From contig JAURAI010000001.1 of NCBI GenBank assembly GCA_030829545.1, positions 70,234 through 134,233 on the forward strand: 64,000 nucleotides of DNA. Direction: 5' to 3'. The translations under genes and the position numbers were made by a program. Position 1 is the stretch's first letter; each line of letters starts with the position of its first letter. Positions 9,877 through 19,289 of the stretch are shown here, piece after piece. Origin of the DNA: Poseidonia sp. Its GTDB lineage: Archaea; Thermoplasmatota; Poseidoniia; Poseidoniales; Poseidoniaceae. Under the pieces are notes generated by a model. It ran no database searches. It was not told the origin of the DNA and saw only the letters and a list, made by a program, of their open reading frames with translations.

Positions 9877-11942
9877 CGCAGTGTGCGCCGTTCGCTCTGG
9901 CGCTGCCACATGTTCCAAGCCACCACTACAAAGGCAAGAAGGACGCCTGCCTGAAGAATGAAACTTGAATAGAGTCTTAATTCAGGTTCCCATGAATGAA
10001 TTTCCAAAGTTTGAATCTCCCCATCCAATTCAAAGTACACCAGATGATGCTCGAGAACCTGTGGGCCCCACTGCTCCTTTGTGTCCGAAGTCAAGATTTG
10101 CGTGGTATTTGCGTCAAGTTCGACAAAGTAAATTTCCCTATCGAGATACTTATCTTGAGGGGAAAGGGGATTGAGGTGGTCGCGAACGGACCACGCCATG
10201 ACACCGTGGCCGATGGATGGGTCTGATGCATGATATTTTGGATTGCTCGCAAGCCACTGCGTGGTGGATGAACGGTTGTAGAGAACCAAGCGGTCGGTTG
10301 CGCTTACGTTCACCGTTACGGCGAGATGCTCACGGGTAAAGGCGACGTCAACAATACTGGCGTTCTCCATGTCCACCGGCGTCAACCATGTCTCGAGGAT
10401 GGCGTCTTCTTCAGGAAGAGCAGAGGCATTGATTTCATAGGCCACTTGACCTGAAACACCCAATTGAACGATGTTCACGGTGGTCGGAGCAGCGTTGATG
10501 ACGAAGGCGATTTCTGAACCGGTGCAGGTGATGTAGCGAATATCATCGACGGGCGTTTGTGTTGGGTTGATAGAATCCCCGTTGAGGTTCATCGCCTGCA
10601 ATTCACCATTGGCCGTGTACACGATGACCGGGCTTTGAGCGAATTCACACATCAGCAGCATGTCATGTGCGGGCATCGCAATGATCGATTGGGGCGAAGC
10701 GAGATCGTTGAGATCATACGTGAAGAGATGGCTTTCATTTGTGACCACAAGGGCCTCTTGAAGAAGGGCGTAGGTCGAATTCATGTTGAGGCCAGGGACG
10801 GTGAGCCTCTCAGCCTCGTAGTCTTCCATTGAAAGGTCATGAAGCACCAGAACAACGCCTTCCGTTTGATTGTCAAGTGTGACCAACCACCCGTCGGCTG
10901 CGGCCGTTGTTTGAGGGGCTTCTACCCCGCCTGCGGGCAGTGAACGATGGGTCAAATCCCATGTGACAACTGCCATGACAACGATCAAAATTGCAACAGC
11001 CATTCTTCCCGTCTCCCTGCTGCTTGGCCTACGGTATTGCTTCCACATGATCTTGGTTCGATATTGAACAACGCCCCATGCCTTTTGGGGACGGGTGAGG
11101 ACCGTTACAATCCGAGCGTTCATCGTCCGCTCGTCAAAGAATTTCCACCATGTATTGGAGGTGCGGTCCGCCATGGAAACCGCAGCACCTGCCACGAGCA
11201 TGCCGCCGATGATGTCAACAAACCAGTGAATGCCGAGGTAAATGATGGTAAATGCGGTGAGGAGCGTGTAGGCAAGGACCGTATGTCGGTAGCGGTTCCA
11301 CCGACGGTCATCGTCAAATCGGGTCAAGCAGAGCCACACAGCGAAGGGAATCCCAATGTGAAGTGAGGGCATGCCGTTGGTAAAGGGGTCAACGCGACGA
11401 AACCAGTCGGCGATTTCGGGCGTCAAGGTGTAAGCCAGCGTTTCCATTTCGGGTATTGCATCCCCCGTAACTCGTACGTTGAAGAACAGGTAGAATGGCA
11501 CGGCAAAGATGTAAACCCAAGCAATCGAGAGGGTGACACGGTCAGCCAACCAGCGGTCATCAAAGTAGGCAAAATAGAACACCGAAACATAGCAGATGAA
11601 CATGAAACCAGCCACGTAAAAATGAGTGAGTGCTTCGGTCAACAGTGGATGTTCAAAGGTTTGCTGAACCCATAAAACCAGGTTGCCCTCAATGGCCCAA
11701 ATGTAAGGTGTCATGTCCAGCCCGGTACTCGCCATGAGGACGCGGTCGATTTGGTCAAGGCCGTCTTTCGCATTGTAAATAGCGAAGACGATGAGGATGT
11801 GAATCCAGTATCGTCGGAAAAAATCAACAAATGGAGGGAGGGATATCTTCGCCCAAGGGGGTTTGAACACTGGCAAAAGGATGACGCCGAGAGCGAGAGC
11901 GCTGATCATCCAGGTCAAGTAGACGCTCTGCATAGCACTCAC
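9867..11942 (-). CDS. AUR1/IPC-synthase-like PAP2 membrane phosphotransferase fused to a large extracytoplasmic beta-rich domain
   Basis: NGMPSLH and YLGIHWFVDIIGG motifs; ~330 aa acidic beta-rich domain between two TM helices. Confidence 0.75.
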   Translation of the reverse strand: MSAMQSVYLTWMISALALGVILLPVFKPPWAKISLPPFVDFFRRYWIHILIVFAIYNAKDGLDQIDRVLMASTGLDMTPYIWAIEGNLVLWVQQTFEHPLLTEALTHFYVAGFMFICYVSVFYFAYFDDRWLADRVTLSIAWVYIFAVPFYLFFNVRVTGDAIPEMETLAYTLTPEIADWFRRVDPFTNGMPSLHIGIPFAVWLCLTRFDDDRRWNRYRHTVLAYTLLTAFTIIYLGIHWFVDIIGGMLVAGAAVSMADRTSNTWWKFFDERTMNARIVTVLTRPQKAWGVVQYRTKIMWKQYRRPSSRETGRMAVAILIVVMAVVTWDLTHRSLPAGGVEAPQTTAAADGWLVTLDNQTEGVVLVLHDLSMEDYEAERLTVPGLNMNSTYALLQEALVVTNESHLFTYDLNDLASPQSIIAMPAHDMLLMCEFAQSPVIVYTANGELQAMNLNGDSINPTQTPVDDIRYITCTGSEIAFVINAAPTTVNIVQLGVSGQVAYEINASALPEEDAILETWLTPVDMENASIVDVAFTREHLAVTVNVSATDRLVLYNRSSTTQWLASNPKYHASDPSIGHGVMAWSVRDHLNPLSPQDKYLDREIYFVELDANTTQILTSDTKEQWGPQVLEHHLVYFELDGEIQTLEIHSWEPELRLYSSFILQAGVLLAFVVVAWNMWQRQSERRTLRQP

Positions 11943-12011
11943 TCCGCTGGTCGGTCATGGCCTCTTCTTCATCAAGGCGTCGTCCCTATGGCCGAAATAA
12001 AGGCGTTCTCT

Positions 12012-12368
12012 CTACCATGCGCCGTGAACGTAGGGGCGGCCACGGTCGGGGTCGCGGCGAAGCGCGAGGTCGTGGATTCGCTCAAATCGGTAAATCCCGC
12101 TCGAGCAGCCCTGCTGCCATTCAAAACCAAGGGCGTATTTTCCAACCGTTCGAATGTGAGGTTTCTCAGCTGGCAAGGCTTCGATTTGACGACGAAGGGT
12201 ACGACTTGCGTCGTCGTCGTTGCGCATCGGTGAGCACTTGGCACAGGGGCAAGCATGGCGAAGGTCGTCGTACGTCACGGCGTAGGTTTTACCGTCGTCG
12301 TAGGTGAGTTCCATGTCCTGCTTTCGCCTCTCAAGTTTGGTGAGTGTAGGAAGCGTTTCACTCATCAT
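12012..12368 (-). CDS. DUF971 (GBBH-like N-terminal) protein
   Basis: LRHACPCAKC, VGKYALGFEW, SSGIY; GAGGTGA SD. Confidence 0.85.
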   Translation of the reverse strand: MMSETLPTLTKLERRKQDMELTYDDGKTYAVTYDDLRHACPCAKCSPMRNDDDASRTLRRQIEALPAEKPHIRTVGKYALGFEWQQGCSSGIYRFERIHDLALRRDPDRGRPYVHGAW

Positions 12369-12374
12369 TTCACC

Positions 12375-13385
12375 TCAAATGATTTCCAATCCGCCGTCCG
12401 AACCGTCCGAAAGTTGGTCTTGGATGGCTGCAACGACTTTGGCGAAGGCAGTAGCGGAAGGGCCGTCCGGTTCTGAAACAATCCGATGAACACCGTCATC
12501 CCCGCCCCGAACAAAGCCTGGGTCAAAGGGTAGGGCACCGAGGAAAGGTACGCCAAATTCTTCCGCAGTCGATTTGCCACCTCCTTCTTTGAAGATGTCG
12601 AGGGTGAAGGAGAAGTTACCTTCCCCGTCAGCTGATGTCGTGATGGTTTTTCCACCCGGTGCGGCGACGGAAAACTCGCTACCTGGCGAAGCGGTACCGC
12701 GCACGGTGAAGCCGCTCATGTTCTCAACCACACCAATCACTGGAACCTTCAAGGATTCTGAAAAGGTGATGGACTTGCGACTGTCCAAAAGAGCAACCTG
12801 CTGAGGTGTGGTCACAATGACCATGCCGTCAATATCGGGGAGCGATTGAGCAACGGTAAGAGGTTCATCGGATGTACCCGGTGGGAAATCGATGACGAGG
12901 TAATCCAATTCTCCCCACTCGACATCACCGATGAATTGCTGGATAGCACCCAATTTGATGGGGCCTCGCCATACGACGGGGGTGTCTTCGTCTTCGAGTA
13001 AAAAGGCCATGCTGATGACTTTCACGCCCAAGTGGCCTTGGGCGGGATGAATGCGCTTATTCTCAACGTGAAGCCGACGGCCATCAAGCCCCATCATCTT
13101 TGGAACATTGGGGCCTGTAATATCGATATCAAGAATGCCCACAGCATACCCTTGTTGGGCAAGAGAAAGGGCGAGCCCGGTAGAAACGGTTGATTTGCCA
13201 ACCCCACCTTTGCCCGAAAGAACCATAATTTTGTGTTTGATATTGCGGCCAATCTCTTCCATTGCCATCTTTCGCTTCATTTGTGCATAAGCCTGTTCCA
13301 TCTGTTTTTGCTCTTGAGGCGACGGTCCTGCTGGTGCAGCATCGTCGCTTCCTGGGTTCGTGATGGTTACGGGTGAATCCGCCAT
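12375..13385 (-). CDS. Mrp/NBP35/ApbC family P-loop ATPase (cysteine-free variant)
   Basis: SGKGGVGKST, DIDITGPN, VWRGP, WGELDYLVIDFPPGTSD, VTTPQ, GVVENMS. Confidence 0.93.
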   Translation of the reverse strand: MADSPVTITNPGSDDAAPAGPSPQEQKQMEQAYAQMKRKMAMEEIGRNIKHKIMVLSGKGGVGKSTVSTGLALSLAQQGYAVGILDIDITGPNVPKMMGLDGRRLHVENKRIHPAQGHLGVKVISMAFLLEDEDTPVVWRGPIKLGAIQQFIGDVEWGELDYLVIDFPPGTSDEPLTVAQSLPDIDGMVIVTTPQQVALLDSRKSITFSESLKVPVIGVVENMSGFTVRGTASPGSEFSVAAPGGKTITTSADGEGNFSFTLDIFKEGGGKSTAEEFGVPFLGALPFDPGFVRGGDDGVHRIVSEPDGPSATAFAKVVAAIQDQLSDGSDGGLEII

Positions 13386-13405
13386 GCTCCAACCATCCTA
13401 CAGGG

Positions 13406-13780
13406 CTACTTCAACCCACCCACACTGGAGTGTGCATCATCGGCTAAGGTCATGTGCATCCAGCCCTGAACGCTCGCAGTGATTCCAACGAAGACAATGA
13501 CCGTGAAGATGTTCCACGACATCCCTCCGTAGGCCCATGCCAAACCAAGCGTCAACGGAAGAGCAGGGATGGTAGCCATTCCATTGGTGCGCCTGCGCTC
13601 AAGCCTCGAAGGAGCGTCTTGAATCCACACGGTCAGAGGTCCAAAGAAGAAAATTTGGAAGGTGATGGAAAGAGCAACAAGACGGAATAGGAGGTGCCAT
13701 TCAAGCGAGGCCGCTACAACATGCATTGCGAAAAGACCTGCAAACGTGCCCAGATTGACACCGAATGCTTTCCAAGGCAC
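13406..13780 (-). CDS. Small 4-TM membrane protein
   Basis: 124 aa hydrophobic ORF co-oriented with mrp. Confidence 0.65.
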   Translation of the reverse strand: MPWKAFGVNLGTFAGLFAMHVVAASLEWHLLFRLVALSITFQIFFFGPLTVWIQDAPSRLERRRTNGMATIPALPLTLGLAWAYGGMSWNIFTVIVFVGITASVQGWMHMTLADDAHSSVGGLK

Positions 13781-13863
13781 ATGGCGATGTCGAGGGCCTT
13801 GTATGTGAAATCATGCTTCTAAAGAGAAAGCCTTGATAGGTACTCACAGTCTCCTTTCCTTTG

Positions 13864-14241
13864 ATGAAAGTCCTCTTTGTATGTGTTGGAAACTCATGTC
13901 GCTCCCAAATGGCTGAAGGGCTCGCTTGCGAGATGGGATTTGACGCCAGTTCGGCAGGTACACACCCTGCGGATGAGGTTGCCATCAATGCCAAGCGCTT
14001 CCTTGAGGGACGCGGCATTGACACCAGCGAATTAACACCGAAGATCGTCGACCAATTCAAAGCAGAAGACTTCGACATAGTCATCTCAATGGGCTGTGGA
14101 GTTCACTGCCCCGTGATGCGCATCGATGAGGATTGGGAACTCGAAGACCCTGTCGGGCAAGCCTATGAGGTGTACGAAGCAACTGCAGCGGAAATTGAAC
14201 GCCGCCTCAAGCTGCTGCTCACTCACTCCTCTTCGGATTGA
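13864..14241 (+). CDS. arsC: Arsenate reductase ArsC / LMW protein-tyrosine-phosphatase family
   Basis: CVGNSCRSQMAE, SAGT, MGCG, DWELEDP. Confidence 0.85.
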   Translation: MKVLFVCVGNSCRSQMAEGLACEMGFDASSAGTHPADEVAINAKRFLEGRGIDTSELTPKIVDQFKAEDFDIVISMGCGVHCPVMRIDEDWELEDPVGQAYEVYEATAAEIERRLKLLLTHSSSD

Positions 14242-14546
14242 GGAACGTCGCCCACGCCGTCAAGGTCGATGCGAAGAACGCTAACGGTTCGCATGGTGCC
14301 GCCTTCGGTCGGTACTTCTTCAGAACCGCATTCAATGTGCTGGATGTGAATTGTTGCAGGCAAACTTTGTGCAATGTGTCCGTTTCTTCGTCGGCAAATC
14401 TCAGCAACATCAACGGCGCGAGAGATGGTCGCCCCACGTGCGACGAGTTGAATAGCACGATCTCCGGCCTCCATCGCCATCACAACGGCGCGTACATAGG
14501 CGTGCAGGGGTTTTTTTCCAATGAAAATGGTTCGGCGGTCAGTCAT
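14223..14546 (-). CDS. albA: DNA/RNA-binding protein Alba
   Basis: IFIGKKPLHAYV, ARGATISRAVDVAE, RTVSVLRI; start trimmed to MTDRR. Confidence 0.88.
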   Translation of the reverse strand: MTDRRTIFIGKKPLHAYVRAVVMAMEAGDRAIQLVARGATISRAVDVAEICRRRNGHIAQSLPATIHIQHIECGSEEVPTEGGTMRTVSVLRIDLDGVGDVPQSEEE

Positions 14547-14632
14547 GGGGCTCTCCATACGAACCTTGGGCAATTCACCCCATAAAATTTGACAATTCAA
14601 CGACCAAAAGAGGCTCGCCGTAGGTCAAAGAG

Positions 14633-14704
14633 TGCGAGCGCCGGGACTCGAACCCGGGTTCAGGCGTTGGCAACGCCCGGTGATAACCACTACACTACGC
14701 TCGC
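14633..14704 (-). tRNA. tRNA-Gly(GCC)
   Basis: GCGAGCGTAGTGTAGTGGTTATCACCGGGCGTTGCCAACGCCTGAACCCGGGTTCGAGTCCCGGCGCTCGCA folds as a cloverleaf with GTTCGA T-loop and anticodon GCC; no encoded CCA, no intron. Confidence 0.96.
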
Positions 14705-14729
14705 TCGCATGCTTGCGACTTGGAGGGAG

Positions 14730-14735
14730 TTTAAA
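14730..14735 (-). promoter_or_regulatory. TATA box of tRNA-Gly
   Basis: TTTAAA 26-31 nt upstream of the mature 5' end. Confidence 0.55.
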
Positions 14736-14804
14736 CCATTGTCGGCGTGAACCTTAGCGTGCCTTCGGCTCACAGTGCGTCAGTTACAGGGGAGACCATA
14801 GGTT

Positions 14805-17800
14805 CTATTGCATACCGAAACGGTCGTTGCCCCCGTCGTTGCCTTCGTTGCTTCGCATGAGAAGCGCAAGAACCAGGCCCGCGGCGAGAAGAATACCGAC
14901 CCCCACGAGCGCTAGAACCGCTAGGCTCAAACCTCCACTGCCATCCACTGGGGAATCGGATTGGGAAAGTTCGATGACGGCGTCACCAAGATTGACTTCT
15001 CCGTAGATATCAAAGGCGCGCAGTGAAATCTCATGAAACCCAAGAGGTGTCCCTGCGCGAACTGAAAGCAGAGCAGTATAATTTCCATCACCTGCTACTT
15101 CATCTCCGCCATTGAGCCCGTCATCGTACATCAAAACCCACGATGTGATGCCGACTGGGGAATACACTGCCATGTTGATTTGCACCCGTTCAATACCGTC
15201 TGGGTCGCTCACAGTGACGGAATATGGAATGTTTTCGAGGTCACCTTTGTTGATGGCAAAAGGCTGTGTTACAATCGTCGGGCGGTCGTTGAGAATGGTC
15301 ACCTCAATGGATGACTCACCTCTGCCGTTGACGTGATGGGGCCCAAAGAAGGGATGTCCAACCGCCTCAGAAGTTTGCATCCACGTGCGATAGGACCCAC
15401 TGGCGCCGAGCTGGTCGGTAAGAGAGACAAGCAGACTTTGGTCACCAGGCGTCATGCCAACTGGCATTGAAGCCATCGTTGCCCAGACATTGCCACTCTT
15501 GTTCAACGAGATCATCGGACCACCGTATTCCCGAAGATCCAGATTCACACTTTCTACACCGTGACCGTCGTATGCCTCGATGTTCAGAACGATGGATTGG
15601 CCCCGCTCGAGAGTCGAGGGGACCAATTCAACCGAGGTCATGCGGGGTGCTTGATTGACCACGAGAATGGAGCCTGAAGCGGAACTGCTTGCTCCAAAAG
15701 CATCGCTTGCTGTGACATTGAGAACCACGTCTCCAACCTCCAACCCTTGGACGACGATGGCAGTTGTAAAGACATCATCACCGACCGCCAAATCGCCTTC
15801 AAGCCCTCGGTCGTTGAGGGTTACGATGTCACCGCCAATTGGGCGCAAGTCAACTTCAACCGTTTCGAGGTTCCATTCTGAATCTTGAACGACAACTTCG
15901 AGATGGGCGATGCTACCCCCTTCTCCGAGAATGAGTCCTTCTTGCAAGCGAAGTTCACCGATCACAGGTGGAGAATTCTCGTCTTCACTCACAATGGAAG
16001 GCGACAGCACACGCTCGAGGTATTGCGATTCGACCACGGTCACCGTTTCATTTGATTCACCAAATGGAATTGACAAGGTGCGTTCCGTGCTGGAGAGGAG
16101 GCCCTGAAGTGGACCCACTGAAACGATGGTTCCAGAGGCCTGTCCTGATTCACCCGACCCACCATAGGAACCAGACCATTCGATCACCGAGAGGTTGTGC
16201 CCGTCTCGAGTGTCAATGCGAGGTATGCCTGCGCTGACCGTCAGCGTCAATCCATCCTGCTCGTCCAAACGCAGTCGGTCATGTTGAATCATGGGAATCG
16301 GCATGAGGCCGGTTTCACGGCCAACGGTCAAATCCCCCAAGCCATCTTCGGCTTGGGGAGCACTCGCATTTTGCTGAATTGGACTGCGTTCGGGTCGCTC
16401 ATCACCTTCCGATGCATCGGCTCCAGTTTCTCTCCAAACAAGGCGGACGGTACGGTTATCCCAATCGGAATTCACAACTTGGTAGTCCCAAGTTTCATTG
16501 TGCGTAGCGCCAAGCCCAGCACCGTCAAAGAAATTGCCGCCGTTAATACCGGTGATGTTGAACCAGGATTCTTGATAGATGACATTCACCATGAACACTT
16601 CTTCTGTTGCATTGGCTTGAAGCCCGGTCTCTTCAATTCCACGAAGGACGCCAAACGTACCCTGAACATCTCCTGAGAGCGTTCCGTCCACGTGGAGGTC
16701 ATCAATCAGTGTCGTACCGTTGACGATTTTGGTGTGGAGGTCCAGAATGCTTCCGTTGACCATGACCGACGCATTTTCATCTTGATCTTCAAAACCAAAA
16801 GTTCCACTGCCGTACAACTCTTCATGGTGTTGGATGCGAACACCCTCTTCCCAGTGCTCAAGCGTTGTGAATCCGTCCAATGAGACATCCAAACGGGTGC
16901 CATCGTCGATGAGAACGAAGTCTGCCATGGCTTCAAATTGTGTGCGCTGAAGAATGCGTTCACCGTCTACATCGTGATATTGGAAGTAGAATACCGAGAG
17001 TTCACCGTCGATATTGAGACTCGAGTTGTCGTCATCCTCTGAAACATTGAGGTCACCAGTTGCTTCGAGAAGGAGACTTTCTTCAATCACGCCTTCAAAC
17101 AAGGAACGATTCAGATGGGCTTGTGATACATCAGCATGAATCACCGTAACGGTTTCCCCGTCGAGAACGGTTGTATCCAATGAGCCGTACCCACGGGCAT
17201 CAAAGATTTGGGAGGTAAGAATACCTCCAACGATCGTTTCGTTTTTCCAGAGTTGAGTGAAGACGAGATCGAGGTCGGTTTGTCCATCATCGGTTGATTC
17301 CAATGTTTGGAAGCTCCCGTTCCCAAGTTCCCAAGAATTGAGGACTTCACCGGTACGCTGTTGCCATCCCTGTCCGTCAAAGACCAGAGAAAAACGTTGT
17401 TCACCCTCTTCAGTGGTGTAGTTTTGGTCCATGGACCACGATGTTGAAAGCAAGACTTCGTGGTCATCCATGGGTTGATTCCAAACACCTACCACCATGC
17501 TGCGTTCTTTTGAAACACTTATCGGCATCGTGTTGTGGCTGGTAATGTCCACGCCCAAATCGATGGTATCACCCCATTGGAGGCTCGTGTTGAAGGTCAA
17601 CAGGGCCGTTCGCATCCCGTCCTCATGGCCCCACTCGAGTTGATGGTCCGTATCGAGAGCGACTTGGTCGCGTTGATGAAGCATGTTGATGTCCAAGCCG
17701 TAGGTTCCATTGTCCGAAAAAGTCAGCAGATAGGCGTGTTCGTTGGCACCATTACCGCTGGGCAACCAGTGGGTGTTGATGTCCACAGACGGAGCAGTAG

Positions 17801-17882
17801 CCTCTTCTGCTTGAATCGGCATTGTTGAAAGGATGAACATGCAAAGAAGACCAATACAAAGGCCTCGCCGCATGCTGTTCAT
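14805..17882 (-). CDS. Large secreted, C-terminally anchored surface protein with choice-of-anchor-X-like / Ig-like modules
   Basis: Signal peptide; acidic beta-rich body; LNDRGLEGDLAVGDDVFT and MYDDGLNGGDEVAGDGNYT motifs; C-terminal TM helix. Confidence 0.8.
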   Translation of the reverse strand: MNSMRRGLCIGLLCMFILSTMPIQAEEATAPSVDINTHWLPSGNGANEHAYLLTFSDNGTYGLDINMLHQRDQVALDTDHQLEWGHEDGMRTALLTFNTSLQWGDTIDLGVDITSHNTMPISVSKERSMVVGVWNQPMDDHEVLLSTSWSMDQNYTTEEGEQRFSLVFDGQGWQQRTGEVLNSWELGNGSFQTLESTDDGQTDLDLVFTQLWKNETIVGGILTSQIFDARGYGSLDTTVLDGETVTVIHADVSQAHLNRSLFEGVIEESLLLEATGDLNVSEDDDNSSLNIDGELSVFYFQYHDVDGERILQRTQFEAMADFVLIDDGTRLDVSLDGFTTLEHWEEGVRIQHHEELYGSGTFGFEDQDENASVMVNGSILDLHTKIVNGTTLIDDLHVDGTLSGDVQGTFGVLRGIEETGLQANATEEVFMVNVIYQESWFNITGINGGNFFDGAGLGATHNETWDYQVVNSDWDNRTVRLVWRETGADASEGDERPERSPIQQNASAPQAEDGLGDLTVGRETGLMPIPMIQHDRLRLDEQDGLTLTVSAGIPRIDTRDGHNLSVIEWSGSYGGSGESGQASGTIVSVGPLQGLLSSTERTLSIPFGESNETVTVVESQYLERVLSPSIVSEDENSPPVIGELRLQEGLILGEGGSIAHLEVVVQDSEWNLETVEVDLRPIGGDIVTLNDRGLEGDLAVGDDVFTTAIVVQGLEVGDVVLNVTASDAFGASSSASGSILVVNQAPRMTSVELVPSTLERGQSIVLNIEAYDGHGVESVNLDLREYGGPMISLNKSGNVWATMASMPVGMTPGDQSLLVSLTDQLGASGSYRTWMQTSEAVGHPFFGPHHVNGRGESSIEVTILNDRPTIVTQPFAINKGDLENIPYSVTVSDPDGIERVQINMAVYSPVGITSWVLMYDDGLNGGDEVAGDGNYTALLSVRAGTPLGFHEISLRAFDIYGEVNLGDAVIELSQSDSPVDGSGGLSLAVLALVGVGILLAAGLVLALLMRSNEGNDGGNDRFGMQ

Positions 17883-17932
17883 GTAGAGAAGGTGGTGATG
17901 CTCCCCTTCAAGACTTTGGGTGTCTTGATTCC

Positions 17933-18889
17933 TCAGAGGTCAAGAACATAGCCAAACAAGAGCGGCAGAACAATCGTTGCATCGCTGTTGATATTGTACT
18001 TCGGGGTGTCCACTGCAAGTTTGCCCCATGTTATTTTCTCATTGGGTGGAGCGCCCGAATAACCTCCATAGGACGCCGTAGCGTCGGTAATCTGGGCAAA
18101 CCAAGACCACAGAGGGACGATGTTCTCGAGGTCTTGGTGAAGCAAAGGAACGACACAGATGGGGAAGTCACCAGCGATTCCTCCTCCGGATTGAAGGAAG
18201 GCGAGCGGGCGTGTTTGGTTTTTGTAAAACTCGATGAGGTGGAGCATGTAATGCGTCCCCGAAGCGATGATTTCAGGCTTCACCACACCTTGAGAACAGC
18301 GCGCTGCGAAGATGTTACCGAGCGTAGAATCCTCCCAACCCGGAACGTACAGAGGGAGCTTCGCTCTGGCTGCTTCCAAAAGCCAGGAATGAGGTGCATC
18401 GTCAGAATTCACAGCGTCCAGACCATCAGAAAGCAGCAATTCGTAGAGGTATTCATGTGGCATTGCGGTGGTAGATTCTTGACTTGCTTTCGCCCACAAG
18501 GTCATGAGGTGGTCTTCGATATGCCGAATCGCCTCTTCTTCGGGAATACACGTGTCCGTGACACGATTGAGGCGTCGCTCCAAGAGCAGTGCCTCATCAT
18601 CAGGGCTGAGATCGGCATAATTTGGAAGGTGGACATAATGCTCACCCGCAACCAATTTGAACAAATCTTCTTCCATGTTAGCGCCCGTACACGAAATAGC
18701 AGCAACATGACCCTGGCGAATCATCTGGGCCAAACTGCGCCCAATTTCAGCCGTGCTCATCGCTCCAGCAAGCGTGAGGAAAAGTTTCCCTTCACCGTTG
18801 AGGAGGTCGGTCAGTGATGCACTTGCACGCTGCAGTTCTCCTGCATTGAAATGGCGAAAATGTTCGTTGACAAAGGCTCGTATATTCAC
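17933..18889 (-). CDS. Deoxyhypusine-synthase-like protein (bacterial type, possible homospermidine synthase)
   Basis: HFRHFNA, TLAGAMSTAE, ISCTGANMEED, NRVTDTCIPEEEA, EDSTLGN, GGGIAGDF, SYGGYSGAPPNEKITWGK; GTG start 4 nt after the upstream stop. Confidence 0.9.
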   Translation of the reverse strand: MNIRAFVNEHFRHFNAGELQRASASLTDLLNGEGKLFLTLAGAMSTAEIGRSLAQMIRQGHVAAISCTGANMEEDLFKLVAGEHYVHLPNYADLSPDDEALLLERRLNRVTDTCIPEEEAIRHIEDHLMTLWAKASQESTTAMPHEYLYELLLSDGLDAVNSDDAPHSWLLEAARAKLPLYVPGWEDSTLGNIFAARCSQGVVKPEIIASGTHYMLHLIEFYKNQTRPLAFLQSGGGIAGDFPICVVPLLHQDLENIVPLWSWFAQITDATASYGGYSGAPPNEKITWGKLAVDTPKYNINSDATIVLPLLFGYVLDL

Positions 18890-18893
18890 GATT

Positions 18894-19280
18894 TCACGCT
18901 CCAGTGGAAAATCGCTCAACCCGTTCTCTCTTGACCAATACAAGTCCTGGCATCGCTTCCATAAGGGCGGCATGAAGGTCATCAGCCACCGCATCCGGAT
19001 CGGTTTGACCACAGGTAAAACAATCCACGGCTAACAAACCCCGGTCAGCGTAACAGTGAGCCGATAGGTGACTTTCGTCGATCAGAACGACTGCAGCAAA
19101 ACCCGGTGGTGAAGTGCTGCCGTCGAAAGGGACGGCTTTTGAATGGACCTCAGTGGCTGGGCTGCGTTCGACGGCCGCCCTCATAAGTTCGAGGACGTGA
19201 ACATGTGCGGTATCATCTGAAAAAAAGGCACCTGTGTAGTCCATGAATACATGCGCACCAGCATTTTGAGTTGATTTCAT
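18894..19280 (-). CDS. speD: Pyruvoyl-dependent decarboxylase proenzyme, SAM decarboxylase (SpeD/SpeH) family
   Basis: VLIDESHLSAH (ES autocleavage site), VDCFTCG; substrate uncertain. Confidence 0.85.
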   Translation of the reverse strand: MKSTQNAGAHVFMDYTGAFFSDDTAHVHVLELMRAAVERSPATEVHSKAVPFDGSTSPPGFAAVVLIDESHLSAHCYADRGLLAVDCFTCGQTDPDAVADDLHAALMEAMPGLVLVKRERVERFSTGA

Positions 19281-19289
19281 GCTATCACC

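Noticed and set aside
13406-14241. Arsenic-resistance operon
   Set aside because: The arsC-like gene is alone; no arsR, acr3 or arsB recognised.
14633-17882. tRNA-Gly as an integration site for an island
   Set aside because: No integrase and no duplicated tRNA 3' end noticed; the 3' neighbour is the core gene alba.
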